Assembly (NCBI RefSeq): GCF_009914755.1
Contig: NC_060947.1
Source of the DNA: the human T2T-CHM13v2.0 reference genome, Homo sapiens
Reading direction: 5' to 3' (one strand)
DNA length: 64,000 nucleotides
The translations under genes were made by a program, and so were the position numbers. The first letter of the stretch is position 1, and every line of letters starts with the position of its first letter. The notes below the pieces were generated by a model, which did not search any database, was not told where the DNA came from, and saw only the letters and a program-made list of their open reading frames with translations. This document shows positions 14,001 through 27,842 of this stretch, one piece after another.

Positions 14001-17000
14001 CAATGAAATTAAAACTCAAGATTTAAAAATTCACTCAAAACCACGCAGTGACATGGAAATTCAACAACCTGCTCCTGAATGACTCTGGAGTAAATGCTGA
14101 AATTAAGGCAGAAACTAAGTTCCTTGAAACTAATGTAAACACAGAGACAACATACCAGAATCTCTGGAATGCAGCTAAAGCAGTGTCAAGAGGGAAATTT
14201 ATAGCACTAAAATGCCAACATCAAAAAGCTGGAAATATCTCAAATCAACAACCTAACATACCAACTAGAGGAACTAGAGAACCAAGAGCAAACAAATTCC
14301 AAAGCTAGCAGAAGACAAGAAATAATCAAGATCAAAGCTGAACTGAAGGAGATAGAGACACAAAAAACCCTTGAAAAAATAAATGAATCCAGAAGTTGTT
14401 TTTTTTAAAATAATAATAACATGGATAGACCTCTAGCTAGACTAATAAAGAAGAAAAGAGAAGAATCAAGTAAACACAATCAGAAATAATCAAGGGACTA
14501 TCACCACTGACCCCGCAGAAATACAAACAACCTTCAGAGAATACTATAAATGCCTTTATGCACATAAACCAGAAAATATAGAAGAAATGAATACATTCCT
14601 GGACACATACACTTTCCCAAGACTGAACCAGTAAGAAATTGAATCTCTGAATAGACCAATAACAAGTTCTGAAATTAAGGCAGTAATAACTAAACTACCA
14701 GTCAATAGAAGCCCAGGACTAGAGAGATTCATTGCTGAATTCTACCAGAGGTACAAAGAACAGCTGGCACCACTTCTACTGAAACTCTTCCAAAAAAATT
14801 GAAAAGTAGGGACTCCTCCCTAACGCATTCTATAAAGCCAGCATCATCTTGGTACCAAAACCTGACAGAGATACACCTAAAAGGAAAACTTCCAGCCAAT
14901 ACCCTTGATGAACATTAATGCAAAAATCCTCAATACAATAATGGCAAACTAAATCCAGCAGCACATCAAAAAGCTAATCCACTATGATCAAGTTGGCTTC
15001 ATCCCTGGGATGCAAGGTTGGTTCAACATGTGCGAATCAATAAATGTAATTCATCACATAAACAGAACTGAAGACACAAACCACATGATTATTTCAATAA
15101 ATGCAAAATAGGCCTTTGGTAAAATTCAACATCACTTCATGTTAAAAACTCTCAATAAACTAGCTATTGAAGGAACATACCTCAAAATAATAAGAGCCAT
15201 TTATGACAAACTTCCAGCCAATGTCATAGTGAGTGGGCAAACCTGGAAGCATTCTGCTTGAAAACCAGCACAAGGCAAGAATGCCCTCTCTCGCCACTCC
15301 TATTCAACACAGTGTTGGAAGTTCTGGCTAGGGCAATCAGACAAGAGAAATAAATAATGGGTATTCAAACAGGAAGAGAGGAAGTCAAATTATCTTTGTT
15401 TGCCAATGACATGATCCTATATCTAGAAAACCCCATCATCTCCATGCAAAAGCTGAGAAGCGACCTCATCAAAGTCTCAGGATATAAAATGAACACACAA
15501 AAATCACTAGCATTCCTATACACCAACAACAGGCAAGCAGAAAGGCAAATCATGAATGGACTCCCATTCACAATTGCTACAAGAAGAATAAAATACCTAG
15601 GACTAGAGCAAAGAAGGGAAGTGAAGGCTCTCTTCAAGAAGAACTACAAACCAATGCTCAAAGAAATCAGAGGACACAAACAAAAAAGGAAACATTCCAT
15701 GCTTATGGATAGAAAGAATCAATACCATGAAAATGGCTATACTGCCCAAAGTAATTTATAGATTCAATGCTATCCCCATTAAACTACCATAGGCATTCTT
15801 CACAGAATTAGAAAAAACTATTTTAAAATTCATATGGAACCAAAAAAGAGCCTGAATAACCAAGACAGTCCTAAGCAAAAAGAACAAAGCTGGAGGCATC
15901 ATGCTACCCCACTTCAAAATATACTACAAGGCTAAAGTAACCAAAAGAGCATGTTACTGGTACAAGAACAGACACATAGAACAATGGAACAGAATAGACA
16001 AATCGGAAATACGACTGCACACTGAAAAGCATCTGATCTTTGATAAACTTGAAAAAAACATGCAATGGCGAAAGGATTCCCTATTTAATAAATGGTGCTG
16101 GGAAAACTGGCTACCCATATGCAGAAAACTGAAACTGGATCCCTTCCTTACACCTTATAAAGAAAATTAACTCAAGATGGATTAAAGACTTAAATGTAAA
16201 ACCCCAAACTATAAAATCCCTAGAAGAAAATCTAGGGAATACCATTCAGAACATAGGCATGGGCAAAGACTTCATGATGAAAACACCAAAAGCAATTGCA
16301 ACAAAAGCAAAAATTGACAAATGGGATCTAATTAAACTAAAGAGCATCTGTTCAGCAAAAGAAACTATCATCAGAGTGAAAAGATAACCTACAGAATGGG
16401 AGAAAATTTTTGCAATGGAGTCATTTGCTAAAGGTCTAATATCCAGAATCTACAAGGAACTTAAACAAATTTACAAGAAAAAAACAAGAAATCTCATTAA
16501 AAAGTGGGCAAAGGACATAATCAGATACTTCTCAAAAGAAGGCACTCATGTGGCCCACAAAGATATAATAAAAAGCAGCAAAGATATAATAAAAACTGTG
16601 CATCATTGATCATTAGAGAAATGAAAATCAAATCCACAGTGAGATATCATCTCACCCCAGACAGAATGGTGATTATTAAAAAGTCAAGAAACAACAGATG
16701 CTGGTGAGGTTGTGGAGAAACAGGAATGTTTTTACGCTGTTGGTGGGAGTGTAAATTAGTTTATCCATTGTGGAAGACAGTGTGGTGATTTTTAAAAACC
16801 TAGAGACAGAAATACCATTTGACCCAGCAATCCCATTACCGGGTATATACCCAAAGGAATAGAAATTATTCTATTATAAAGATACATACATGCACATATT
16901 GTATGGAACTATACATATTCATTGCAGCTCTATTCACAATATCAAAGACATGGAATCGACCTAAATGTCCATCAATGATAGATTTGATAAAGAAAATGTG

Positions 17001-17389
17001 GTACATATACATCATAGAATAGTATGCAGCCATAAAATGAAACAAGATCATGTCCTTTGCAGGGACATGGATCAAGTTGCAAGCCAGTATCCTCAGCAAA
17101 TTAATGCAGGAACAGCAAACCAACCACTGCATGTTCTCACTTATAAGTGGGAGCTGAATGGTGAGAATACATGGACACATTGTGGGGAACAACACACACA
17201 CTGGGGCCTGTTGGAGGGTTGGTGGTAGGAGGAGAGAGAGCATCAGGAAGAATAGCTAATAGATGCTGGGCTTAATACCTAGGTGACTGGATGATCTGTG
17301 CAGCAAACCACCATGGCACACATTTACCTATGTTGCAAACCTACACATTCTGCACATGTGCCACTGAAGTTAAAATAAAAGTTGAAGAA
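11073..17389 (+). mobile_element. Full-length disabled L1PA (about L1PA11-13)
   Basis: 5' CCAAGATGGCC YY1 motif and 5'UTR. ORF1 from ATG 12228; ORF2 from ~13308 (EN MMVGSNLPITILTL.., [12 protein letters not shown]-terminal region). 3'UTR and A-tail. TSD AAAAAATT(C/A)TTG at 11061-11072 and 17390-17401. Many stops and frameshifts. Confidence 0.93.
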
Positions 17390-20300
17390 AAAAAATTATT
17401 GCTGAGACCTATGTCCAGAAACATTTCCCTTATGTTTTATTCTAGTAGTTTTATCATTTCAAGTCTTATATTTAAGTTCTTAATCCACTTTTGTTTTTGA
17501 TACAGGGTCTTGGTCTGTCACCCAGGCTGGAGTGCAATGACAAAATCTTGGCTCAATGTAGCCTTGACCTCCTGGGCTCAAGCGATTCTCCCACCTCAGC
17601 ATTCAGAGTAGCTAGGACCACAGGTGTGCACCACCACATCCAGCGAATTTTCTTTATTTTTTTGTTTAGACGAGGTCTCACTATCTTGCCCAGGCTTTTA
17701 AATCCATTTTGAGTTATTTTTGGAAGTAGTGATATGGGAGTCTAGTCTCAGTCTTTTGTATGGGAATATTAAGTTTTCCCATGGCCATTTATTGAAGAGA
17801 TTGTTCTTTTAACAATGTTTGTTCTTGACACCTTTGTTGAAAAGAAGTTGCCTGTAGGGGTGTCAATTTATTTTGGGTTTCTCTTTTCTGTGTCTTTGGT
17901 CTATCTGCTTTTATGCCAGTATCGTGATTTTTTGGTTACTATATCTTTGTAGCATATTTTGAAGTCACGTCACGTGATGCCTCCAACTGTTTATAGTTCC
18001 ATACAAATGTTAGGATTGTTTTTTCTAAATTTGTGAAAAATTACATGGGAATTTTGGCAGAGATTGCATTGATTTTGTAGATCTTTTTGGGTAGTATGGT
18101 TAGTTTAACAATATTAATTATTGTAATCCATGAACATAGGATTTCTTTCTTTTATCCTCTTCAATTTCTTTTATCAATGGTTCATTGTTTTCATTGTAGA
18201 GATCTTTCAACTTTTTTATTAATTTATTTCCCAGATATTTTATTATTTTTATAGCAATTGTATGTGGGATTATTTTCTTGACTTCTTTTTCAGATAGGTT
18301 GCTGTTACTGTATAGAAATGGTACTGATGTTTGGATGTTGATTTTTTATTCTGCAACTTTACTAAATTTATTAGTTTGAGCACTTTTTTGAGTCTGTACG
18401 GTTTTCTATATATAACATTATGTAGTCTGCAAGCAAGAATAAGTTAACATCCTCCTTCCCAGTGGTATGCCCTTTACTTTATTTTCTTGCCGAATTGCTC
18501 TGGCTAGGACTTCCAGAACTATGTTGAATAAAAGTTGGAAAAGTGAACATCCTTTTCTTGTTTCAAATTTTAGAGGAAAACTTTCAACTTTTTCCTATGC
18601 ATCATGATATTAGCTGTGGGTTTATCATATATGTCCTTTATTGTATTGATGTACATTTCTTCTATACATAGTTTAGGGTTTTTATCATGAAGGAATGCTA
18701 AATTTTGTGAATAAATTTTCTGCAACTATTGAAATAATCATATGACTTTTTCCTTCATTCTGTTAATGTGATATACTATGTTTACTGACTTGTATATATT
18801 GAAACACATTGGATTGCATTTCTGGGATGAATTCCAATGAAAACGGTGAAAAATCTTTTTGATATACTGTAGGATTTGGTTTGATAGTATCTTGTTGAAA
18901 AATTTTGCATCTATGTTCATCAGGCTTGTAGATATTGACTTGCAGTTTTCTTTTCTTGGTGTGTCCTTATCTAACTTTAGTATCAGGGTGATGCTGACCT
19001 CATAGAATGAGTTTGGGTAAATTCCCTCCATTTCCATTTTTGTTTGCAATACTTTTAATAAAATTGACATAATTTCTTGTATAAACACTTAGTGTAATTC
19101 AGCAATGAATTCATCAGGTCCGTGGTTGCTGATACAATCTCATTACTTTTTTATGGTCTGATCAGTTTTCCATTTCTTTACAGTTAAATATTGGTAGGTT
19201 GCATGTGTTTAAAAACATTCATTTTTATAGGTTATTCAATTTGTTGGTGTATAATTGTTTATAGTAGTCTCTTATTATCATTTGTATTTCTGTTATTCCA
19301 GTTGTAATGTCTCCTTTTAATTTATGATTGTATTTATTTGAATTTCTCTCTGTATTTTTAGTCTAGCTAAGGGTTTATTGATTTTCCTTACCTCTTCAAA
19401 AAATAGTCTTAGTTTTGTTTATCTTTTCTATTGTTTTTCTATCTGTATCTCTTTTATTTCTTCTCTAACATTTATTACTTCCTATTTCTACTAAGGGCTT
19501 GTTTGCTTTTGTTTGCTAATTCCCTGTACTGTAACATTAGGTTGTTTATTTGAGATATTTCTACTATTTTGATAGATGTTTATTGCTATAAACTTCTCTC
19601 TTAAAACTGTTTTTGCTGTATCTCATAGTTTTTTATGCTGTGTTTTCAATTTTATTTCAAGAAACCTCTTAATATGATTTTTTTATTTCTTTCTTGACCC
19701 ATTTATTTAATTTACATGTATTTGTACATTTTTCAAAGTTCTACTTTTTATTCATTTCTAGTTTTATTCCATTGTGATCAGAAAACATACTTGATATAAT
19801 TTTGATTTTTAACATTGGTTGAGACTTATTTTGTGTCCAAACATATGACTTATCCTAGAATATATTCCTTGTTTTTTTTAAAATAATGTATATTCATTCA
19901 CTGTGAGATGGGATGTTCTATAAATGTCAGTTAAGCCCATTGGGTGTAGAGTATGGTTTAACTCTCATGTTCCTTTGTTGATTTTCTGCTTGGATGATCT
20001 ACCTGTGCATTGCTGAAAGTGGGGTGTTGAAGTCCTTAACTATTATTGTATTGTAGTCTAACATTCCGTTGAGATTTATTAATATTCACTTTATATATTT
20101 ATGTGTTCTTATGTTGGATGCATATGTATCCATCATTATGTCCTTTTGCTTCATTAACCCTTTTACATTATATAATAGCCCTTTGTCTCTTTGAGCCATT
20201 TTTATTTTAGTTTACACTCTATTTTATGTAATATAAGTGTAGTTACTTCTGCTGGTTTTTGCATTGCACTTGCATGAGATATATTTTTCCACGCCTTCAC

Positions 20301-20930
20301 TTTCAATCTATGCATGTCCTTACAAGTGAAGTGAGTTCCTCTTTGGCAATATACAGTTGGGTCTTGTTTTTTTGTTTTTTTAAATAAATTAATTCACTCT
20401 GTCTTTTCATTAAATAATTTAATACATTTACTTTCAAGTTAATTATTGACAGGCAATGGCCTACTATGGACATTTTGTTACTTATTTTTTAATTGTTCTG
20501 TAGATTATTTCTTCCTTTCTTTTTCTCCTACAGATTTCTTTTGTGGTTAAGTAATCATCTCTGGTGGTATACTTTGATTCACTGATTTTCATTTTTAGTG
20601 CATCTATTGTGAGTTTTTGCTTTGTCATTACCATGAGCCTTACAAAAAATATTTTATAGTTATAACAAGTGACTTTAAGCTGATAAAACTTAACACTGAT
20701 TGCAAAAAAATATACAAAACACAAAAGCAATTTAACTCCATTCTCTCCCATATTTTAAATTTTCCCTGCCACAACTTACATTTTTATATGGCGTATCTTT
20801 TACTAAATTATATTAATTATTTTGATAGTTTTGTTTTAGTTTTATAATAATGATATAAGTTGTTTATAGACCACATCTATAGTATTAAAGTATTAAAGTA
20901 GTATTAAAGTAAATAATGTTAGCATTATTT
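17390..20930 (-). mobile_element. L1MA ORF2/inter-ORF region, antisense (host of the L1PA)
   Basis: Antisense ORF2 peptide in track 18738-19088 (PNSFYEVSITLILK..LMNIDAKFFNKIL); colinear with 10555-11072. Confidence 0.85.
17490..17695 (-). mobile_element. 5'-truncated AluJ
   Basis: CAGGGTCTTGGTCTGTCACCCAGGCTGGAGTGCA..GGGCTCAAGCGATTCTCCCACC.. central linker; degenerate TSD (TAATCCA/AAATCCA). Confidence 0.88.
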
Positions 20931-20944
20931 TTGTTTTTCAGTTT

Positions 20945-21555
20945 CAAGTACAATCTGAAAAGAAAATTAAAAATAATCTTATTTATAATAGCATTGAAAG
21001 AAAAAAAACATAAAAATAAACTTTACCAATAAGGCAAAAGATGTGTACACTGAAAACTACAAAATATTGCTGAAAGAAATTTTTAAAATATATTACAAAA
21101 TGGAAAGCTAAGGCAATTAAAACAGCATTATGCAATCATAAGGAAAGATATAAACCAATAGGATAGATTAGAGAGCCTAGATATAATTCCGCACATGGTC
21201 AATTGATTTTCAACAAGAATTTCAAAATCATTTAATGGGGAAAGAACAATCTTTTAAAAAATGGTATGGAGACAGCTAAATATACATATACAAAAGAATG
21301 AAATTGGACTCAATCTTATACCATACATATACAAAAGAATGAAATTGGACTCAATCTTATACCATATACAAGAAAAAACTCAATAAGTATCAGAGACTCA
21401 AACTTAAGTGTTAAAACTCTAAGACTCTTAGAAAAAAATATAGAGGAAGACTCCATAACATTGTATCCAGCAATGATTTATTACATATGACACCAAACAT
21501 ACAGGCAACAAAATAAATGTAGATGAACTGGACTTCATTAAAATAAAAAACTTTA
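20945..21555 (+). mobile_element. Old L1M ORF2 fragment, sense
   Basis: ACTGAAAACTACAAAATATTGCTGAAAGAAAT..GGACTTCATTAAAATAAAAAACTTT; contains an internal deletion and a 41-bp tandem duplication. Confidence 0.75.
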
Positions 21556-22155
21556 TATTTTTTATTTTATATGTAAATATCCAGTTTATCAAACACGATT
21601 TGTTGAAGGGATTGTACTTTCCCCATTGAGTTGTCTTGGCCTCCTTGCCAAAGATTATTTGACCATAAACATGAAGATTTACTTCTGAATTATTTGGTTT
21701 ATTCCATTAGTCTATATGTCTGTACTTATACATGTAACACACTTTTTAAATTACTGTAGGTTTGTAATATCTTTTAAAATCAGGAAGTGTGTGATCTTCA
21801 AGTTCATTCATTTTTTTTCAAAATTGTTTTGGCTATTTAGAGTGCCTTGAAATTCCATATGAATATTAGGTTTTTTCTTTCTATTTCAGTAAAAAAAGTG
21901 CTACTGACACTTTGATAGGGAGTGTATGGAATCTGTAGATTGCTTTGGGTGGCATTTACATCCTAACAATAATTCTTCCAATCCATGAACATAAGATACC
22001 TTTCCATTTATTTGTGTCTTTATTATGTTCAAAAATGATTTCTAGTTTTCAGAGTGTGTCATTCACCTCCTACTATTTTATCATTTATTTCACATGCTAT
22101 TTTAAATGCAATTGTTTTTGTAATTTCTTTTTATGATTATTTATTGTTTATGTAG

Positions 22156-23945
22156 AAAAGACAAAACAAGGTTCTTTAACACACCCAAAAAGATCACACT
22201 AGCTCACCAGCAATGGATCCAAACCAAGAAGAAATCCCTGATTTAACTGAAAAAGAATTCAGAAGGTTACATATTAACCTAATCAGGGAGGCACCAGAGG
22301 AAGGTGAAGCCCAATGTAAGGAAATCCAAAAAATTATACAAGAAGAGAAGGGACAAATATTCAATGAAATAGATACCATAAATAAAAAAATCAAAACTTC
22401 AGGAAACAATGGACACACTTATGGAAATGCAAAATGCTCTGGGAAGTCTCAGCAATAGAATTGAACAAGCAGAAGAAAGAACTTCAGAGCTCAAAGACAG
22501 GTTTTTAAATTAATCCAATCCAAGAAAGAAAAAAAGAATAAGAAAATATGAACAAAGCCTCCAAGAAGTCTGGGATTATGTTAAACTACCAAACCTAAGA
22601 ATAATCGGCATTCTTGAAGAAGAAGAGAAATCTAAAAGTTTGGAAAATATATTTTGGGGAATAATCGAGGAAAACTTCCCCAGCCTTGCTAGAGACCTAG
22701 ACATCCAAACACAAGAAGTTCAAAGAACACCTGGGAAATTCATCGCAAAAAGAGCATCACCTAGGCACATTATCATCAGGTTATCTAAAGTTAAGATGAA
22801 GGTAAGAATATTAAGAACTGTGTGGCAAAAACACCAGGTAACCTATAAATGAAAACCTATCAGATTAACAGCAAATTTCTCAGCAGAAACCTTACAAGCT
22901 AGAAGGGATCGGGGCCCTATCTTCAGCCTTCTCAAACAAAACAATTATCAGCCAAGAATTCTGTATCCAGTAAACTAAACTTCATAAATGAAGGGAAGAT
23001 ACAGTCTTTTTCAGACAAACAAATGCTGAGAGAATTTGCTACTGCCAAGCCAGCACTACAAGAACTGCTAAAAGGAACTCTAAATCTTGAAAAAAATCCT
23101 GGAAACACATCAAAACAGAACCTCTTTAAAGCATAAATCTCACATGACCTATAAAACAAAAATACAAATAAAAAAAGGTATACAGGCAACAAATAGCATG
23201 ATGAATGGAATGGTACCTCTCATCTCAATATTAACATTGAATGTAAGTGACCTAAATACCCCCCTTAAAAGATACAGAATTGTAGAATGGATAAGAATTC
23301 ACCAGCCAACTCTCTGTGGTCTTCAAAAGACACACCAAACACATAAGGACTCACATAAACTTAAGGTAAAGGGATGGAAAAAGACGTTCTATGTAAATGA
23401 ACACCAAAAGAGAGCACGAGTAGCTACTCTTATAGCATACAAAACAAACTTTAAAGCAGCAGCAGTTAAAAAAGACAAAGAGGGACATAATATAATGACA
23501 AAAGATCTTGTTTAACAAGAAAATATCACAATCCTAAATATGTTTGCACTTAACACTGGAGCTCCCTAATTTATAAAACAATTGCTAATAGACTTAAGAA
23601 ATGAGATAGACAGAAACACAATAATAGTAGGGGACTTCAATACTCCACTGATCATCACTAGATGACAGCACTAGACAGATCATCAAGACAGAAAGTCAAC
23701 AAAGAAACAATATATTTAATCTATACCCTGGAAAAAATGGATTTAACAGATATTTACAGAACATTTTACCCAGCAACTGCAGAATATACATTCTATTGAT
23801 CAGCACATGAAATGTTCTCCAAGATAGACCATATGATAGGCCACAAAACGAGCCTCAATATATTTAAGAAAGTTGAAATTATATCAAGCAGTCTCTCAGA
23901 CCACAGAATAAAACTGGAAATTAATACCTAAAAGAACCTTCAAAA
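22156..23945 (+). mobile_element. Internal L1PB fragment (ORF1 plus start of endonuclease), truncated at both ends
   Basis: MDPNQEEIPDLTEKEFRR (L1PB ORF1) and ISILTLNVSDLNTPLKRYRIVEWI (EN); homologous to ~42110-43880; no poly(A). Confidence 0.88.
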
Positions 23946-24011
23946 TCAGAATTTTTTCATATTGACTTTAGAACTTGCAACTTTGCAGAATTTGTTTAGT
24001 AGTTCTAAAAG

Positions 24012-24013
<2 letters not shown>

Positions 24014-24044
<31 letters not shown>
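24014..24044 (+). repeat. (TG)n microsatellite
   Basis: Directly visible, ~15 units. Confidence 0.97.
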
Positions 24045-24047
<3 letters not shown>

Positions 24048-25810
24048 TTTTTGGGGGTTTTACATATAAGAACGTGGGACCAGTGGACAGAGATAATTTT
24101 ACTTCTTCTTTTCAATTTTGATTTCTTTTATTTCTATTTATGCCTAATTTCTCTGGCTAAAACTATCAATACTATGCTGAATAAAAGTGGCAAGGGCATG
24201 CCTTCTTGTCTTGTTTCTAATCCTGTAGAAAAGCTTTCAGTCATTAATCACTAAATATAATGTTACCTGTGGGATTTTCAGTATACCCTTAATTTCACAG
24301 AGATTCTTTCTTTCTATTCGCAATTTGATGAGTGTTTTTACCATGAAGGATGTTAACCCTTCTCAAATGCCTTTTCTGCATCAACTGAGATGATAATGTG
24401 GATTTTGTTCGACATTTGGCTAGGTGGTGTATTACATGGATTTATTTTTGTATGGTACACCATTATGAAATTTTGAGAATAAATACCACTTAGTTATGGT
24501 GTATAATCCTCTTAATGTGCTAAGGTTTGGTAGTATTTTGTTGAGGAATTTTGCATAAATATTCATTGGGGTATTGGACTGTAGTTTTCTTTTTTTACAA
24601 TGTTTTTGTCTGGATTTGGTATTAGGGTAATTCAGACCTCATGGAACAACCTAACAAATGCTCTGTACTCTTCAAATTTTTGAATGCATTTTAGGAGAAT
24701 AGGTATCAATTCTTCTTTAAATCTACGGTAGAATTTTTCAGTGAAGCCATCTGGTGTCCCAGGGCTTTGTTTTGTAAAGTAGCTTTTGATTACTGAGATA
24801 ATCTCCTTACTAGTTACCCATCTGTTCATTTTGTATTCTTCATGATTCCCTCTTAGTGGGTAGTGGGTTTCAAATAATTTATCCATTTTTTCTAAGTTAC
24901 CCAATTTGTTGGCATACAATTGTTTATAATCATTTATAATGTCATTGCTTTCATTTCTGATTTTAGTTATTTGAGTCTTCTCTCTTTTCTTAGTTAATCT
25001 AGCTAAGAGTTTGCCATTTTTGTTGATATTTTCAAAAAACCGACTCTTTGTTTCATTGATTTTTTCTAGTTTTTTCTTTTCTCTATTTTATTTATCTCTG
25101 TTCTCATCTTTTTTATGTCCTTCCTTCTGCTAACTTTAGGTTTCATTTGTCCTTTGTTTAGTTCCTTGAAGTGTAAAGTTAGGTTTTTAATATCAGATCT
25201 TTCTTCTTTTTAAAATTATGCATTTTTATATGGATATAAACAATATAAACTTCACTTTTGTGACTGCTTTTACGTTTTTCCATAAACTTTTGTATGTTGT
25301 GGTTTTCATTACTCTTATTATATTTTCTAATTTATTTTGTAACTTTTTCTTTCATGTGTTAGTGGTTGAAGAGTGCATTGTTTACTTTCCAAATATGTAT
25401 ATGGATTTTCCAGTCTGCCTTTTGCTGTTGATTTCTAGTTTCATTCCATTGTTATTGGAAAATATAACTTGTATAATTTCAATCTTTTAAAAATGTATTA
25501 AGACTTATTTTGTGGCCTAACAAGTGGTCTATTCTGGAGAATATTCCACGTGTTCTACAAGATAATGTGTATTCTGCTGTTGGATGGAGTCTGTATGTTT
25601 ATTAGATTCTAATGGTCTATTGTTTTTGCTCAAGTCATCCATTTCCTTATTTATCTTGTCTCTGGTTGTTCTATCCATTATTAAAAGTGGGACATTGAAT
25701 TTTTCTATTATTATTGTGTTGTTGTATATTTCTCCCTTCAGTTATATCAAGGTTTGTTTTATATATTATTGTGTTCTGCTGTTGGTTAATACATATTTAT
25801 AATTGTTCTA

Positions 25811-26600
25811 TGAGGGGACTTTGACAAGTTTATGAAAAGAGGAATTAAAAGATAAAAACAAAATATATAACATTTATTTACAAACATAAGCTCCAAGTTC
25901 AAGACACTTTTGTAAGCAATGATATCAGCCATTTAGTCCATCCCTAAAGAACTAAAGGTCTTGAGAATTTAACCATATCTGTGAAGTCTTTTTTACAATA
26001 TTAACAGATGAAAAATAGGTACCCTTTATAGGTTTTTTAAGGTTAGGAAGCAAAAAGAAGTCAGAAGGAGCCAAATCAGAACTGTAAAGTGGATATCTAA
26101 TGATTTCCCCTTGAAACTTTTACAAAATTACTCGTTTGATGAGAGAAATGAAAAGGAGCATTGTCATGGTGGAGAAGTATTCCCTTTGAATCTCTCCTGG
26201 CTGTTTTTCTGCCAATGCTTTGGCTAACTTTCTCAAAACACTTTCATAATAAGCAGACATTATTGTCGTTTGGCCCTCCCAAAATTTCACAAGCAAAATG
26301 CCTTAAGCACCCCAAAAAAAGCACTTATCATGATTATTGTTCTTGACTATTCCATTTTCGGCTCTGACTGGATCATTTCCAAAACTTGGTAGCCATTGCT
26401 TTCATTGTGCTTCGTCTTCAGGATCATACTGGTTATGCCATGTTTCATCTTCTGTAATAATTCTTCCAAGAAATGTTTCAAGATCTTGATTCCACTTGGT
26501 TAAAATTTTTATTAAAAGCTCTGCTCTTGTCTGCAACTGATTTGTGTTCAACAATTTCGACATACATCAAGTGAAAAGTTTGCTCAATTTGAACTAATCA
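25811..26600 (-). mobile_element. Hsmar2 mariner DNA transposon, partial (one TIR plus catalytic domain remnant)
   Basis: TA followed by TGAGGGGACTTTGACAAGTTTATG (Hsmar2-like TIR). Minus strand gives ITEDETW..QYDPED (from 26458 downward), LLHHDNA (26177-26157) and HPLYSSDLAPSDFFLLPNL (~26095-26040), the mariner DD34D motifs. Confidence 0.88.
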
Positions 26601-27444
26601 AGTATGCTGTGGAACCATTGTAGTAAATTTTTCAGTCCAGTTTTGTTTTTTTTTTTCAAATGTTATTTGTGTATCTGTATCGTTTGTTAGCTCATTAAGC
26701 ATCTTAACACTTATTTTAAAGTTTTCCTCAGATAGCTCATAGATCTATGCTTCTGTAGGGTCAGTTACTGACATTTTATACTAATTCTTACAGTGGACCA
26801 TGTTTTCCTGTTGCTTTGTATGCATTTTGATTTGTTTTTGTATGCTTGCTTGTTTGTTTCGTTTTTGAGATATGATTTGTGCAGGGAAAGACCTTTACTC
26901 ATCAGCCTAGTTAGAAATCCTAGGATATCTCAAGTTGGATAAGACAGATATTAGTCTTTCAGGTAGACCTTCTTCTACTAACCACAATGTTAGATACATA
27001 GTCCATTCTTTTGTTTTTTCCTGAGGGAGGATCTCTAGTATGGGAGGTTTACTCCTGATTATTAAACGTAAGAGAAATAAAGAAAGGGGCATGGGTAAGC
27101 ACACAAAATGCCATGAATATTCCTACCGTTTTTGCTGGATATTTTTTAAAATTTCACTTTGATCAAGGTGCTGTAACTTCCCAAATGATCTTGAATTCTC
27201 ACAAAAGTATGCTGGCCTGTATATTGTTGCAAACTCAGTCTGTCTGTAGGAGAATGTGCACTTAAATCTTCCTAGTGTAGTCTGCCTCTTGGTGATTTAA
27301 CTCTCCTCTAGACTCTTGATCAACCTCCCGTTATCACCTTATTTCTTTTTACTATTTATTCATTTATCAATTATTTATGTAAGTCATATCCCACTCAACA
27401 ATAGCTCTTTTACTAAGTACTGTACTGGTTTTCTCATAGATTGC

Positions 27445-27842
27445 TGTGTTAGTTTTCTAGGGCTACCATAATAAAATACAATAGATAAAGTGGCTTAGGT
27501 AACCAGAAATTTATTTTTTCACAGTTCTGGAGCATAGAACTCCAAGATCCAGGTCTCAGCGGGTTTGTTATTTTCTGTGGCCTCTCTTTGGCTTTTCAGA
27601 TGTCTGCCTTCTCACTCATTCCTCACATGGTCTTTCCTCCTCGCACATGCATCACTCGTGTCTCTTTATGTGTAGAAATTCTATATTTGTAAATACACCA
27701 GTCAGATTAAATTAAAGCCCCCTTATCATTTAACCTTAATTACCTCTTAAAAGGTCCTATATTCAAATCTAGTCACATTCTGAGGTTTTGGGAGTTGGGA
27801 CTTTAACATATAAATTTGGGTGACACAAGTCAGCCAACAATA
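27445..27842 (-). mobile_element. MLT1B/C-like MaLR solo LTR
   Basis: TGTGTTAGTTTTCTAGGGCTACCATAATAAAATAC..CACAGTTCTGGAG..TCCAAGATC..GTCACATTCTGAGG..GACACAAGTCAGCC, the antisense MLT1 pattern. Confidence 0.85.

Larger units (their letters stand above)
21556..25808 (-). mobile_element. Old L1M ORF2, antisense, interrupted by an L1PB fragment
   Basis: Track 24632-24919 (YANKLGNLEKMDK..SPGTPDGFTEKFYRRFKEELIPILLK); colinear across 22156-23945. Confidence 0.82.

Noticed and set aside
20945-22155. Twin-priming inversion at the +/- L1 junction near 21555
   Set aside because: The two pieces overlap in L1 coordinates and lack a tail and TSD; more likely separate old fragments.
25811-26600. Domesticated transposase gene (SETMAR-like)
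   Set aside because: In-frame stops and frameshifts, N-terminal half missing; SETMAR derives from Hsmar1.
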